Below, piece after piece: positions 12,186-22,754 of a stretch of DNA of 64,000 nt. Source of the DNA: Flectonema sp. DT1601 (taxonomy: Eukaryota). The notes under the pieces are model-generated. The model saw nothing but the letters and a program-made list of their open reading frames with translations. It did not search any database and was not told where the DNA came from. How positions within the stretch are numbered: position 1 is the stretch's first letter; each line of letters starts with the position of its first letter. The translations under genes and the position numbers were made by a program. The stretch covers positions 372,001 through 436,000 of the forward strand of contig OZ025792.1 in assembly GCA_964019425.1 (NCBI GenBank), written 5' to 3'.

Positions 12186-13379
12186 CTACTTCTCCAGGAG
12201 GTTCTTTACTGCGGCTTCAATGCAGCTTCGCTCTTTGCAGACAGCAAAGCGAACATAGTCAGTTGTATTATCTTCCCCATTAGGGCGGGGGGAGTAGCAC
12301 ATTGAAAGTGGAATGCACCCAACTTTCTTTTCTTCAGCAAGCCAGCGGCAGAATTCAACGTCGGCTTTCCCACTCTTCGCAATGTCAGCAATCAAAAAAT
12401 GACCTCCTTGAGCCTCGCACACCGAAACTCCCGACATCGTCTTCAAAGCCTTTGCCAGAAGTTCCCAATTGGTCTCAAACTTTGTTGCAATGTTACCGAA
12501 TGTAAAATCATTCTTTTCTATTGCGTCATCAATTGCGGCTGAGCAACCAACCTGAAACGGAGTCGGTGCGCAATAAGTCGCAAACGAATGGACAGTTCGA
12601 ATCCCGGACACTAAGTCTTCCTGGCCATAAACCCACCCAACACGCCAACCGGTTAGTGAAAGCATCTTACTGGCTCCACCAATTGTTAAGGTTCGATCTT
12701 TCATACCAGGTTGATCAGCCATTCGAATGTGTTTGTGTCCTGAGAAGGTTGCGATTTCGTATACCTCGTCGCTTACGCAAATGGAATCATACTTTTGACA
12801 GTACGAAGCAATCAGTTGTAACTCTTCTTTGTTAAGAACTCTACCAGTCGGATTATGAGGTGTGTTGATGATTACCATTTTAGTTTTCGGTGAAAATACC
12901 CTTTCAAGATCTTCTTCTGTTATTTTCCAATCAGGTGCTCTGAGTTGGACAATTTTCGGAATGCCACCTGCCATCCGAACTGATGGGAGATACCATGGGA
13001 AGAATGGTTCAAATATTACCACTTCATCTCCTTCATCAACAAAAGCTAAACAAGATCCGAGAAGTGCTTCTGTGGCTGATGTTATCACACAAATCTCTTT
13101 ACCAGGTTTAATATTGTCATTGTACAGTTTGTTATAAAGATTTGCGATGGATGAGTGAAGCTTAGGAAGACCAGCTATTGGTGAGTATTGGTTTGGTGCA
13201 GGGGCTTCTAATCCTTTCACGGCCGACTGCACAGCCACATCAGAACCCACAAAATCCGGGAACCCTTGCCCTAAGTTTACTACTCCCGGAGCGTTTGTTA
13301 TTTCAAGGATTTCAGTCCACAATTTAGCTCCTGCTCCTCCAGCCTCACGAGCGAGGCGTGCTGACCACTTGTTCTTCAT
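12186..13379 (-). CDS. Class I/II PLP aminotransferase, kynurenine aminotransferase / glutamine transaminase K / YbdL-like
   Basis: VNLGQGFPDF, NQYSP, FEPFFPWY, NTPHNPTG, SDEVYE, GASKMLSLTGWRVGW (PLP lysine), VRFAVCK. Confidence 0.9.
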   Translation of the reverse strand: MKNKWSARLAREAGGAGAKLWTEILEITNAPGVVNLGQGFPDFVGSDVAVQSAVKGLEAPAPNQYSPIAGLPKLHSSIANLYNKLYNDNIKPGKEICVITSATEALLGSCLAFVDEGDEVVIFEPFFPWYLPSVRMAGGIPKIVQLRAPDWKITEEDLERVFSPKTKMVIINTPHNPTGRVLNKEELQLIASYCQKYDSICVSDEVYEIATFSGHKHIRMADQPGMKDRTLTIGGASKMLSLTGWRVGWVYGQEDLVSGIRTVHSFATYCAPTPFQVGCSAAIDDAIEKNDFTFGNIATKFETNWELLAKALKTMSGVSVCEAQGGHFLIADIAKSGKADVEFCRWLAEEKKVGCIPLSMCYSPRPNGEDNTTDYVRFAVCKERSCIEAAVKNLLEK

Positions 13380-14850
13380 TTTTTTTTGTTTTTTTTTCCC
13401 TTCTTTTTTTGCAATAAAAAACTAAGGGAAAAAAAAGGAAGTTAAGCAGTTTAATATCTATAACAATTCCATAATAAGTTCACCCACATCGGCTTCCTGT
13501 ATGTTAACTGAAGAAAAAAAAAAACACGTGATTAGTTTGATATTTTAAAAATCAAAATAAGAAACAATCAATTAATATATTTTATATATCAAAAAAAAAA
13601 AGGGAAGGGGGGGAACTAGGTAACAACTATGTACTTGCAAAAGTTTCTTCGACCTAGAGGCTTGAGAAGTAATAACAGTAAAGGATGCAACTTAGGGAAA
13701 ATGAGATAGATGGTAAAAGTATGCGGGAATACGAAATTCAGCAAGAAAAACGAGAAAAAAAAAAAAAAAAAAGATGTTTTTTTTTTTCCCGGGGGGCCCA
13801 TCACTAGCACCTCATTTTGCGTCAAAAAATTCCGACACAACTAAAAATAAAAACAAAATGCATGCGGTTAGTCGAATCCAACCTCACTAGTTTAAAATTC
13901 GGAATATCATTTTCCCATTCCCTCTCAACAAGCAGACCCAGAATATGAGATTTCGAGTCCAAAATAATACGAAATACTTTCTCCATTCATATGCTCAGAA
14001 AGTCATCATAAATATTGACTACATAGACCTAAAAGACAACAGCACTTTTTTGTTTTCCCTTTACATTCATTTGTTTTTTGTGCTCTGTTTTTTTCATCTT
14101 GACCCTTGGTTGAGATTTTCTCCGAAAAAACGGTAATAAACAATCTTACGAAAATATCTTTTCGCAGAACGTTTTCTCCGATGTTTTTTTGATTAGGTGT
14201 CGGCAGTTACGATAAATAATTCTTGACACAAAAAAAGGGGGTGGTAATGGGCCACATAAAACAGAAACAAAAAGAAGAACAAGATAAGATCATTTTCGGT
14301 GTTCGAATCGGCTATTCCGCTTTAATAGCTTGGAGGGTGTACCAAACCTAGAAAGGTCGTAAGCGGAATTCAAAAACAAGTTTTGCCCACGAAAGAGACT
14401 TCAATTCGGTGTTCAAACATAACACGCTGGTTGCTACTAATCAGGAACAAAACGTAGCAATTCATCACCGAAGCATGACATGACAGTCGGAAAGTGACTG
14501 CTCAAAGTAAGATATTTTAAAAATCCATTATGGTGATACGATATTGGAAACAAGAGAAAGTAAGTTGAATCCACTATGATATCAAGTAATCAGGTCATAC
14601 GTTTTGTTGAACCAAATCAGGGCCTGTTAGACTCCCTTAGGCTGCAAGACCTACCCGAATATAGTTCCGGATAGTTGTTTACACCCCAGGCATCGTGTCT
14701 GCAAAGTGGGTCCTTCATTTTTTTTTTTTTTTTTAATTTTGGAATGAAACAACGAGAGATCAATCAAATATAAATGTTAAATTGGATTTTTTTTTTTTTC
14801 TTTTTTTAATTCCCTCCAACACAACTTTAAAAAATTGCCGCAATATCAAC

Positions 14851-16101
14851 GACGAATGACCACACCACTCCTCTGTAATCTGTCGAGGAGAGGAACATGG
14901 AAACTCACGTAAATAAGTTGGTATTATTTATTTTACTATGTAGAACGAGATGATAGTTACTCAGTCCCTTTTTAGGGTGACTTCATTCTATGTTGATGCG
15001 CGGTTGCAGATTGTTTGTTTTGTCAATGTAAGACAAAGAAAGTAAAAAAAAAAAAGGAAAAAAAAACACACCGTATTCCATATGACATTAGTGGAAAACT
15101 AAGGTTCAGGTCCTTGTCTTTATTATTAGTCCATCTTTTGCTAATTAGTTTTTTTTTTCAAAAGTTCTATTTTAGAAGAGTTGAAAAGAAAACATCATCT
15201 GAATACATCAGAACAAGATAGCATAGATTTTTCTTTCGATCAGCCGAGTTTTTTTTTTTCCAACTCCTGTTCGTTTTAAGAGGACTGCAAGTTCCTTGAA
15301 AAGCTAAATATAAAGCAACTTGAAACTGACTAAAAACTAGATCTTGTTTGCCTTGTTTTCGATATCAACGGTGCGTAATCGCGAGGTGTATTGGGAAAGT
15401 CTCACACAATCAAGTATTGTAAATCAATTTCAAAAAAAGAAAAAAGAAAACACTCATCGATAGCCACTCAGCGCATCGGAACTCGACAGTCATTGACCAC
15501 GTACTCATGACGCATATGAGAGGCAATCAAGGCGAGTAGAAATAAATTATTAAGAAATGACTACATCACTCCAAGTTTTTTTTATTTCGAGAGAGGAACA
15601 TGGAAATGCCTGCACGTTAGGGTGCTATTTTATTATTTAGAATAAAGGATTAGAAAAATAAAGAAAAAGAAAATTCATTTCATCAGTTTCCCAACATTTA
15701 CAAGAATGCGAAGTTTCAGCCTTCATTCTATGTGCTAGTAACTAATGCTTCAATATTTTAAATTGAAAAAAGACATGACATGGAAAGAAAAATCACATTG
15801 TTCTGCACAATATTATAACAGTAGCGGAACACGTAGGGTTCAAGTCTTTATATCGCTTGTTCATCAATAAGTTTTGCGGACATGATTCCGGTTTTTTTCT
15901 TTTCCGATAAATCAGATTTATCAAAAGTTGTATTTCAGAAGAACCGCATTATCTGAGTCTCTCAGAACAAGACAGCATATATTTTTCTTTCGATTAGCTG
16001 AGATTTTCTTCAACGCTAAATATCAAGCAACTTGAAAACAGGCTAAAAACCAGATCTAAGAATACCAACAATTTTATAACCATTGGGATGGCTAAGAGCA
16101 G

Positions 16102-16132
<31 letters not shown>

Positions 16133-16321
16133 CTCAATTAATGTACCATAACTGTGGTAACCGTGAGAGGAGTTACAGAAATCGTACTGGTTCATTAAAA
16201 AGAAAAAAAACTTAGTAAATTTTAAAGAAAGAAAGGACGAGATGCTTCCTTACCCACTCAGCGCATCATAACAGATAGTCATTGACTACGGCTAATCATG
16301 ACGAACAGAGACAATCAAAGC
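14851..16321. repeat. Diverged non-coding tandem duplication (copy 1 ~14851-15533, copy 2 ~15553-16321)
   Basis: Colinear shared blocks: GAGAGGAACATGGAAA; CTTCATTCTATGT; TCAAAAGTTsTATTTyAGAAGA; TCAGAACAAGAyAGCATAkATTTTTCTTTCGAT; GCTAAATATmAAGCAACTTGAAA; CCACTCAGCGCATC...AGTCATTGAC...TCATGACG...CAATCAA. Confidence 0.9.
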
Positions 16322-16538
16322 ATACATGCTGTGTCAGTTAAAAGTGATGATCGTTGATTGAAAACTTCTATGTGAGAGAAAGAAGAATAGAGAAAGACGA
16401 GGATAAGTAAAAAAGATTTCTTTTTTATGAATCGGAGTTAGGGGTTAAGATTTTTTTTTAAAGAGTTTTTTTTTTTTTTTTCCGAATACGAAATAATAGA
16501 CGTGTCGGGTAAGACAGAAATTATAATCAATTATTATA

Positions 16539-17729
16539 TTACACCTGATGCTCACCAATGCAGTATTGTTGGCTCTCCCAGTGGACACCACCTTGTTGGA
16601 ATTCTTGGTGGATTTCTGGGAGAGTTGTCATATTGCTATCAGGAAATGCTTCCAAAAGCTCTGCAAAAATGAACACATCAGGTCTCCCTAGACGGATGAC
16701 TATTGAATTATTTTTGACAGGCTGACGTACTCTACGAGATCGACGAACTTGAATTCTACAGTCATTGATAGCAGTAAAAGGAATTCCAGACATTGCAAAC
16801 CACATTCCAATCAAATCATCATGTGGATAGCTATTCTTATTTTCAACATTTTTACTATCTCTGATCCAGTCAGCAATATCAAAGCTGATCGTCGTCAGTT
16901 CTTTTTCAGTTTTAAAATATCCAATGCTCTCCCCACCCCTACCATGATAGACTCGAGGTATTTTAATAGAATTGTAATACTGAACCATCATATTACATCT
17001 GTAGAAGGCATCATCGAGACCTATCGCAATGTAATCAGTGTTGTATGTGTCAACCGTATAAGAAAACCATGCATACACCTTCCGACTATGAGTAATGAGT
17101 GTTGATAATGGTTGTCCTTCCGTATCTTTTAAATTAAAAAAAACAATATCTTTATAGACAGTGGCTTCTCTAAGAAGATTACGTGAGACTTTACCCTTTA
17201 AAGCAGAGTGATATGACAGAGCGTACTTGATGACCATCTGTGATGTTAGTTTTTTATGATTGTTCCATACAGATGAATACTTAAAGAAGGTTTTACGCTG
17301 AATATGTCTACACGTGGATCCATATTCAGTGTCTATACTTGGGATGCCCATTATGATAGTAAATTTGTTATTAATAGGAACGTCATTCGGGAAGTTATCT
17401 TCGATGTGATCTATTGGTCTTTTGATTCTCTGCTGTCTTCTGTCAGGGGTTATTATTCTACCTATGTCATCTGTTGTATTTATTTTATTTGGGAATTTCG
17501 TTACAGTTTCCCCATAGGGAGTCATGTCTTGATCAATACTGCTGTAGGTTTCTTTTTGATCAGTCGATCCCTTCGCAAACTTTTCATCTCTTGCAGACCA
17601 TATCTTAGAGTACAGGCTACTTGATTGGGTGTTATCAGTGTGTAACGTACTCAGTTGCTTTTCACCTTCTGTGAAAATACCGCTTCCTACTGAAGCGATG
17701 ATTCCTAACAATCCCAACGCTATGCTCAT
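16539..17729 (-). CDS. GT31/GT67-like (UDP-Gal/GlcNAc) glycosyltransferase, type II membrane, divergent
   Basis: N-terminal signal anchor; IIMGIPSID...RHIQRKTF, DIVFFNLKD, RKVYAWF, DYIAIGLDDAFY, DDLIGMWF, NDCR resemble kinetoplastid GT67/SCG galactosyltransferases. Confidence 0.75.
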   Translation of the reverse strand: MSIALGLLGIIASVGSGIFTEGEKQLSTLHTDNTQSSSLYSKIWSARDEKFAKGSTDQKETYSSIDQDMTPYGETVTKFPNKINTTDDIGRIITPDRRQQRIKRPIDHIEDNFPNDVPINNKFTIIMGIPSIDTEYGSTCRHIQRKTFFKYSSVWNNHKKLTSQMVIKYALSYHSALKGKVSRNLLREATVYKDIVFFNLKDTEGQPLSTLITHSRKVYAWFSYTVDTYNTDYIAIGLDDAFYRCNMMVQYYNSIKIPRVYHGRGGESIGYFKTEKELTTISFDIADWIRDSKNVENKNSYPHDDLIGMWFAMSGIPFTAINDCRIQVRRSRRVRQPVKNNSIVIRLGRPDVFIFAELLEAFPDSNMTTLPEIHQEFQQGGVHWESQQYCIGEHQV

Positions 17730-17995
17730 GCTGTATCTGAAAAAGGAAAGAAATTATTTCATCTCTACACAACTGTAAGGGGAAAAACTACACCAAATAG
17801 TCTTCATCCAAATGACCATAATTCTTATGGCACCCTATGAGATTGAAAATACCAATTACAACAACAGATTCACATGTATTTATATTTCATATCAGAAAGT
17901 CTCTCCGTAAGAAGCAGACTACCAACCAATCGATTAAATAGAGGTATCGTGGGTAGATAAATAATCTAATAAATAAATAAAAACACAACCTTATA

Positions 17996-18403
17996 CTACT
18001 TTACAAAAGTATAAGATGGTGGTACTGTTATGTCTGAGGTGAGATCAAATGCCTGAGACTCAGGAGTATTAAAAGAAGTTGACGGCAGTGATCTACTTGA
18101 TGCTGACATTGAATATGTGGTTTCAGTTGTATTTGAAATACAGGATTGAACTAAACTTTCAGGTGGTTCATTGCCAGGAACTGTTTGTGTCCACAGATCA
18201 CACTTTACTTCGGGTGGTATCAAATACTTGCAAAACGGACATCGAAAACTATTATTGCCACCGCATGGAAGCTTCACTACTCTGAAGCAATTTATACATG
18301 CTGCTGCGACTCCTAATTTAGGAACGTTTTCCTTTTTGCTTTTACCCTTCAATCTGCGAACAAGATATGGGGGTGCCCCACACTGAAGTGACCTGACCGA
18401 CAT
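17996..18403 (-). CDS. Small zinc-ribbon protein (CxxC...CxxC) with S/T-rich tail
   Basis: CINC...CPFC; the ATG at 18403 directly follows a pyrimidine-rich TTTTTACAG acceptor. Confidence 0.6.
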   Translation of the reverse strand: MSVRSLQCGAPPYLVRRLKGKSKKENVPKLGVAAACINCFRVVKLPCGGNNSFRCPFCKYLIPPEVKCDLWTQTVPGNEPPESLVQSCISNTTETTYSMSASSRSLPSTSFNTPESQAFDLTSDITVPPSYTFVK

Positions 18404-18654
18404 CTGTAAAAAGAACCACCAACTTAGACTTTTATAAATAACGTTCAACGGTAAATGTAATTCTCCGATAATTGTTTTTTATCGTTTTTTTTTTAATTTA
18501 GGTGCAGAAAGCTTGCTGTATAAACAATAGATATATGAAGGATAAAAACTTAACAAAAAATTTAAATACATCCGAGTAAAGTATTCTACATGAGTTTTAT
18601 CATCCTTCTCCGTAAAGGAAGGGTAGCTATTTAAATATACTACGTCAAATCGTA

Positions 18655-19416
18655 TTATCGTTTCCTTTTTCGATCAGGTTTTTCTTCTGTTGCTCCACTT
18701 CCAGTGCTGTTGCTGGTAGCGTTTCCACTCGTGTTAAAAAGTCCCTTGTCAAGATATTCCGAAACTTTATCAAGGTCTACCAGTGGAGGTTTCTTAGTAG
18801 TAGTTTGATGACCTCCTTTTAACAAATCAATATGATAGCGTTCGGGGGATAAGAAAGCGAACCACTCCTCAGTTACTGAAGGAAGTCCAACATCAGTGTA
18901 TGTGTAACACCATCCAGGAAGACCAAGATGCATTATTAACAATCTAAAGTAGTCTGTGTATGTATTTGCTATGAAATGCCAAGAGCAATCAAGACATTGA
19001 AACCAAAAAGTACTCACAGTTGGTGTTTCTTTATCAAACACAAGACAGACTCTACCAAACATTGCTGGGGTGTTATCTATAACAAATGCTACTTTTCCTT
19101 CTTCGAGAGTACCGTCGTCATGACGTGATATCTGAGACAGGGAGTTAATATGAGTATTTCCAATACCCTGTACAGGATTCCTACTAAGTGATATATTCCA
19201 ACGTAATAAGAAGCCATCTGATATTGCTAGAAACGAAAGTAAATCATCTGGCAGCACATATGGTGTGTTCACAGCCTCCCACTTCGCTATATCAGCTTTC
19301 GTTGCTCCTGTCTTGTCGTAGAATTTTACATCCGTCACTGCTGGATGGTTTTCTAAGAATTGAGATACCCCAAACAACTGTGGAAACATTCCAATGCCGT
19401 GATCCTGGGACGTCAT
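18655..19416 (-). CDS. TPGS2: Tubulin polyglutamylase complex subunit 2 (SMI1/KNR4-like)
   Basis: WE..N.PYVLPDDL.SF..SDGFLLRW, IG..HINSL, GRVCLV, WF......WHFIANTYTDYFRLLIMHLGLPGW.Y.YT.VGL. Confidence 0.9.
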   Translation of the reverse strand: MTSQDHGIGMFPQLFGVSQFLENHPAVTDVKFYDKTGATKADIAKWEAVNTPYVLPDDLLSFLAISDGFLLRWNISLSRNPVQGIGNTHINSLSQISRHDDGTLEEGKVAFVIDNTPAMFGRVCLVFDKETPTVSTFWFQCLDCSWHFIANTYTDYFRLLIMHLGLPGWCYTYTDVGLPSVTEEWFAFLSPERYHIDLLKGGHQTTTKKPPLVDLDKVSEYLDKGLFNTSGNATSNSTGSGATEEKPDRKRKR

Positions 19417-19564
19417 TATTTGTTTTTTTTGTCTTTATGACTAATTAGTGATAAAATTATTGACCACCTGATACTCACAGAAAGAATCGTAGCAACAATC
19501 TGTTTTAAGAGAATTCTGCAGAAACAGGTTCCCAATCAACACAAGGACAGTAAGTTTTGCATTC

Positions 19565-21670
19565 TTAAGGGAATCCACAATCAGTGAGTAACATCTCAAT
19601 TGGTGTGATTTCAGGATCTCGCAACGCTTCTCCAAATATCAGTTCAGCATCCCTCTGACTGTTGAGCCACGATTTTGAATTTGTTCGAAATGCGCTTTCA
19701 GCTACATAAAATTCCCCTTCATCAACATCCCACTGGACTCTAACTATCTCCATACAGCCAACAGCAGACTCTGAAATGACTTTCGTAAGGGAATCATTTA
19801 TGTCTGGACTGCATAAGGCAAGACGTAGAAGACAAAGAGACGCTTCTAACAATACATGTTTAGGTAATATTAACTGATTGCTGTCACATGTTTCTTCAGT
19901 CATACGACCGAATAGCTGTGCCGTGTCTATAAGAAGCTCGAATCCTTGTTTAGTCGCGAATAGCATTGCGATATTTTCATTTACAATGAAACAGCGAACC
20001 CAAACAAGGACTTGGTGAATTGTTACAATAGATTTTGTTAATAAATTTTCGTCTATTAGTTGTCTTGTCATTCGGTCAGCTCCTTTCCATACAATCTCCT
20101 TTGCGGATTCCTCATCTGCCGCACAAATTATACCAAGTAAGGCACACAACAATCCTTGTAATTTTTTTACTTCTGAAAAAATACTTATCGATGCGGTAAT
20201 AACTTCCATGAAACTTTTAGCATGACCTCTATCGCTCTTATTGATTGCTTCTACTAAGATTATTCTATTCTCAGAAGAGGAACATAACTGTAGTAAAGCA
20301 GCAGAGCAGTGCATGAGTGCGTTGGAATCGCTGTATAGGTTGATAATAATTTCTATGAATTTATCAACAAATCCAAGAGATAAACAGACAGAAACAGCTT
20401 TCGTATCTAATTTCCAAACTCTACATAATAACGAAGATATTCTGGTGTACACATCAGTGTTATTAACGACATCTACACCAGTTGTGTTGAGACACTTTTC
20501 TATTATTTCGAGGCTGGATTTTTTTGTTAATGTCGATATGTAGAATTTTGCATTTTCAAATAATACGGCGTTTGCTTCTCTAACGACAGCAGGGTTGTTA
20601 TAATGTTGATTAATAACAGCAAGTACAGCAGATGGACGTACAACCAACGAACTACAAAATGTTATTCGATGCGCCAACGCAAGAGCCGCTGCTATAGTTG
20701 GAAGGCTGCTACATGTGGTAGCAATTTCAATTGATGTCGATAAGACAGGTTGGAGATCGCTTTCAAGAATTTGACGATTTTGGAGTTGAGACCTAACCGA
20801 GCAGACACGACGAACACTCTCTTTGATACTAACTGAACTCCCTAAGTTAAAACAATCATTACAGAAAGATGATTTAATTAAACCATCACATAGCAATCTC
20901 ATGCTGTCGTAGCATACTTTCATCGATGGATGTTCGTAGTGTAATTGAAGAAGTGTTGATAGTGATTTTGAAAATTGCTCAATCCCAAGTGATAACGTAG
21001 GAACGCTAGCTACCATGTGAATAATACCAAGTAGGGTTGACAATTCATCAACGCTTGATAAGTAGTTATCACAAGTAGAAAATATAACTTGCAAACCTTC
21101 GTCTCTCAATTGCCAACACGTTTCCGGATCCAAAATCAAATAATTCGATAAAAACATTGATGCTTCTCCCACTAAAATTCTTTCATCCACATGTTCTACT
21201 AAACTACTTATGATGATGTTAATTATTTTATATTCGTGCATTAGTAAAGAAATTAGTGGGATCTTCAGATCACTCTCAATACTATTTTTTACAATAAAAC
21301 TGAGTACGGTATAGCACTTCGACTGAATCGTTGGATTGTCCCTATGAATGAGTAACGCTTGGCAAACAGAATTTATATTTTGAGTTGAGCAATCGCGTAA
21401 AAACAAATCCATAGTTACTTCACTACAATTGGATACCACGCTTAGAGCAGCGGATACGACCGTACTGTTGTGTGGTACTCTTGATAGCATTTGTAAACAC
21501 CACATCAACTCCTCAATCGTTTGTTGTTTTCTTTCTAATTTAAGAAGCCTCAGTTTCACTACCTTCTCAGAAGTAGAAGTCATTAATAAATTATTTCGAA
21601 AACAAGTTTTCAAATCTATAGCTGTTTGATAATACGTTGTCTGAATGATATTGTTATTAGGTGGAAGCAT
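19565..21670 (-). CDS. Armadillo/HEAT-like alpha-solenoid protein
   Basis: 701 aa helical Leu/Ile-rich ORF with repeated H-x-D/N-x-P-x-I/V-Q-type ARM turns (HRDNPTIQSKC, HYNNPAVVREA). Confidence 0.7.
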   Translation of the reverse strand: MLPPNNNIIQTTYYQTAIDLKTCFRNNLLMTSTSEKVVKLRLLKLERKQQTIEELMWCLQMLSRVPHNSTVVSAALSVVSNCSEVTMDLFLRDCSTQNINSVCQALLIHRDNPTIQSKCYTVLSFIVKNSIESDLKIPLISLLMHEYKIINIIISSLVEHVDERILVGEASMFLSNYLILDPETCWQLRDEGLQVIFSTCDNYLSSVDELSTLLGIIHMVASVPTLSLGIEQFSKSLSTLLQLHYEHPSMKVCYDSMRLLCDGLIKSSFCNDCFNLGSSVSIKESVRRVCSVRSQLQNRQILESDLQPVLSTSIEIATTCSSLPTIAAALALAHRITFCSSLVVRPSAVLAVINQHYNNPAVVREANAVLFENAKFYISTLTKKSSLEIIEKCLNTTGVDVVNNTDVYTRISSLLCRVWKLDTKAVSVCLSLGFVDKFIEIIINLYSDSNALMHCSAALLQLCSSSENRIILVEAINKSDRGHAKSFMEVITASISIFSEVKKLQGLLCALLGIICAADEESAKEIVWKGADRMTRQLIDENLLTKSIVTIHQVLVWVRCFIVNENIAMLFATKQGFELLIDTAQLFGRMTEETCDSNQLILPKHVLLEASLCLLRLALCSPDINDSLTKVISESAVGCMEIVRVQWDVDEGEFYVAESAFRTNSKSWLNSQRDAELIFGEALRDPEITPIEMLLTDCGFP

Positions 21671-22053
21671 CCTTCTTCTATATTTTAAAAAGGGGTAAAA
21701 AAAAAAAAAAAACCTGTTAAAAGGAAGAGTTTTTTCTCAGTGAATAATCACAAAGCATAGACTACGATGTATGGATAAAAATCAACAACAATAAACAGGA
21801 TACAGAACAGCGGCATCGTATTCGCCACGTACGGTTAAGTTACTTAAATAAGTTTTTTTTTTTTTTTCCTGAGAAAAGGAAAACCTTCCCTCAGAAAAAC
21901 CAAGATTACAGACAAGACAACATTAGCAAACAAATCACATTAACAGGACTTGAAAAGTCTGTAAAGATAATTAGAGCCAAGAAAAGAACCTTCCAATGGA
22001 CGTCCTTTCAAGTATAAAGATGAAGCATTCCCGATTACAAGTACGGAGAGAAG

Positions 22054-22497
22054 CTAACTCGTTGTATTCCTCAGTTCAGAAATCTCATTCTCTAGCTCAG
22101 ATATTTTACGGTGGAGGTGAACAGACATCGGACCAGATTTATATTTTGAATCTAATTGTTCTCTGAGGGATTCATTTTCTTTCGCAAGCCGTTCATTCTC
22201 TGATGCCGAATCTTTTAAAGTCTTCGATGATTCTTCTTTCAGAAGACGAACTTCACATTCGTGTAATACCATAAGAGATTCGTGTTTTGTCGAGAGTTTT
22301 TGATTTACGATTTCTAACACTTCACACCTATCTTCTAATCGTTGGATCTCTTCAGACACCGTGAGTATTCTATTTGGTGGCCTTGGTGAAATCATAACTA
22401 GACCACTTTCATCTGGTGGTTCCGGAGAGTATTGCGGTGCAGGTGACATCGTCTTATCGGATGCTGAGACTAGACGGCTACGGATAGGCGTCGCCAT
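22054..22497 (-). CDS. Hypothetical coiled-coil protein
   Basis: 147 aa with heptad-like E/L/K pattern, same strand as neighbours. Confidence 0.7.
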   Translation of the reverse strand: MATPIRSRLVSASDKTMSPAPQYSPEPPDESGLVMISPRPPNRILTVSEEIQRLEDRCEVLEIVNQKLSTKHESLMVLHECEVRLLKEESSKTLKDSASENERLAKENESLREQLDSKYKSGPMSVHLHRKISELENEISELRNTTS

Positions 22498-22754
22498 CTT
22501 TTCTCGCTATACTAATTTTTTTGATTTAAAAAATAATTAAAATGTTTTCTTTATCGCTATCAATTAATCTATAATCTACCACATCACACATATAATTTAC
22601 CTGTAGCAACTATTGACGGGGTTATCACTGTAGGATGGTGAACGGTAAAGAATCATAAGGAAACACTTTTTTTTTTTTAAAAGGCCGTGCTAAAAAGAAG
22701 ACGTCCCTAAAAATATTATTTTAACGAATTGATAGAATCCAATGACATGACGAT

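Noticed and set aside
14298..14312. GTTCGAATC tRNA B-box-like motif
   Set aside because: No cloverleaf or A-box spacing could be built around it.
15463..15533. Minus-strand VNDCRVPMR in the duplication resembles INDCRIQVR of the neighbouring glycosyltransferase, suggesting a pseudogene copy
   Set aside because: The similarity does not extend to flanking blocks or to copy 2.
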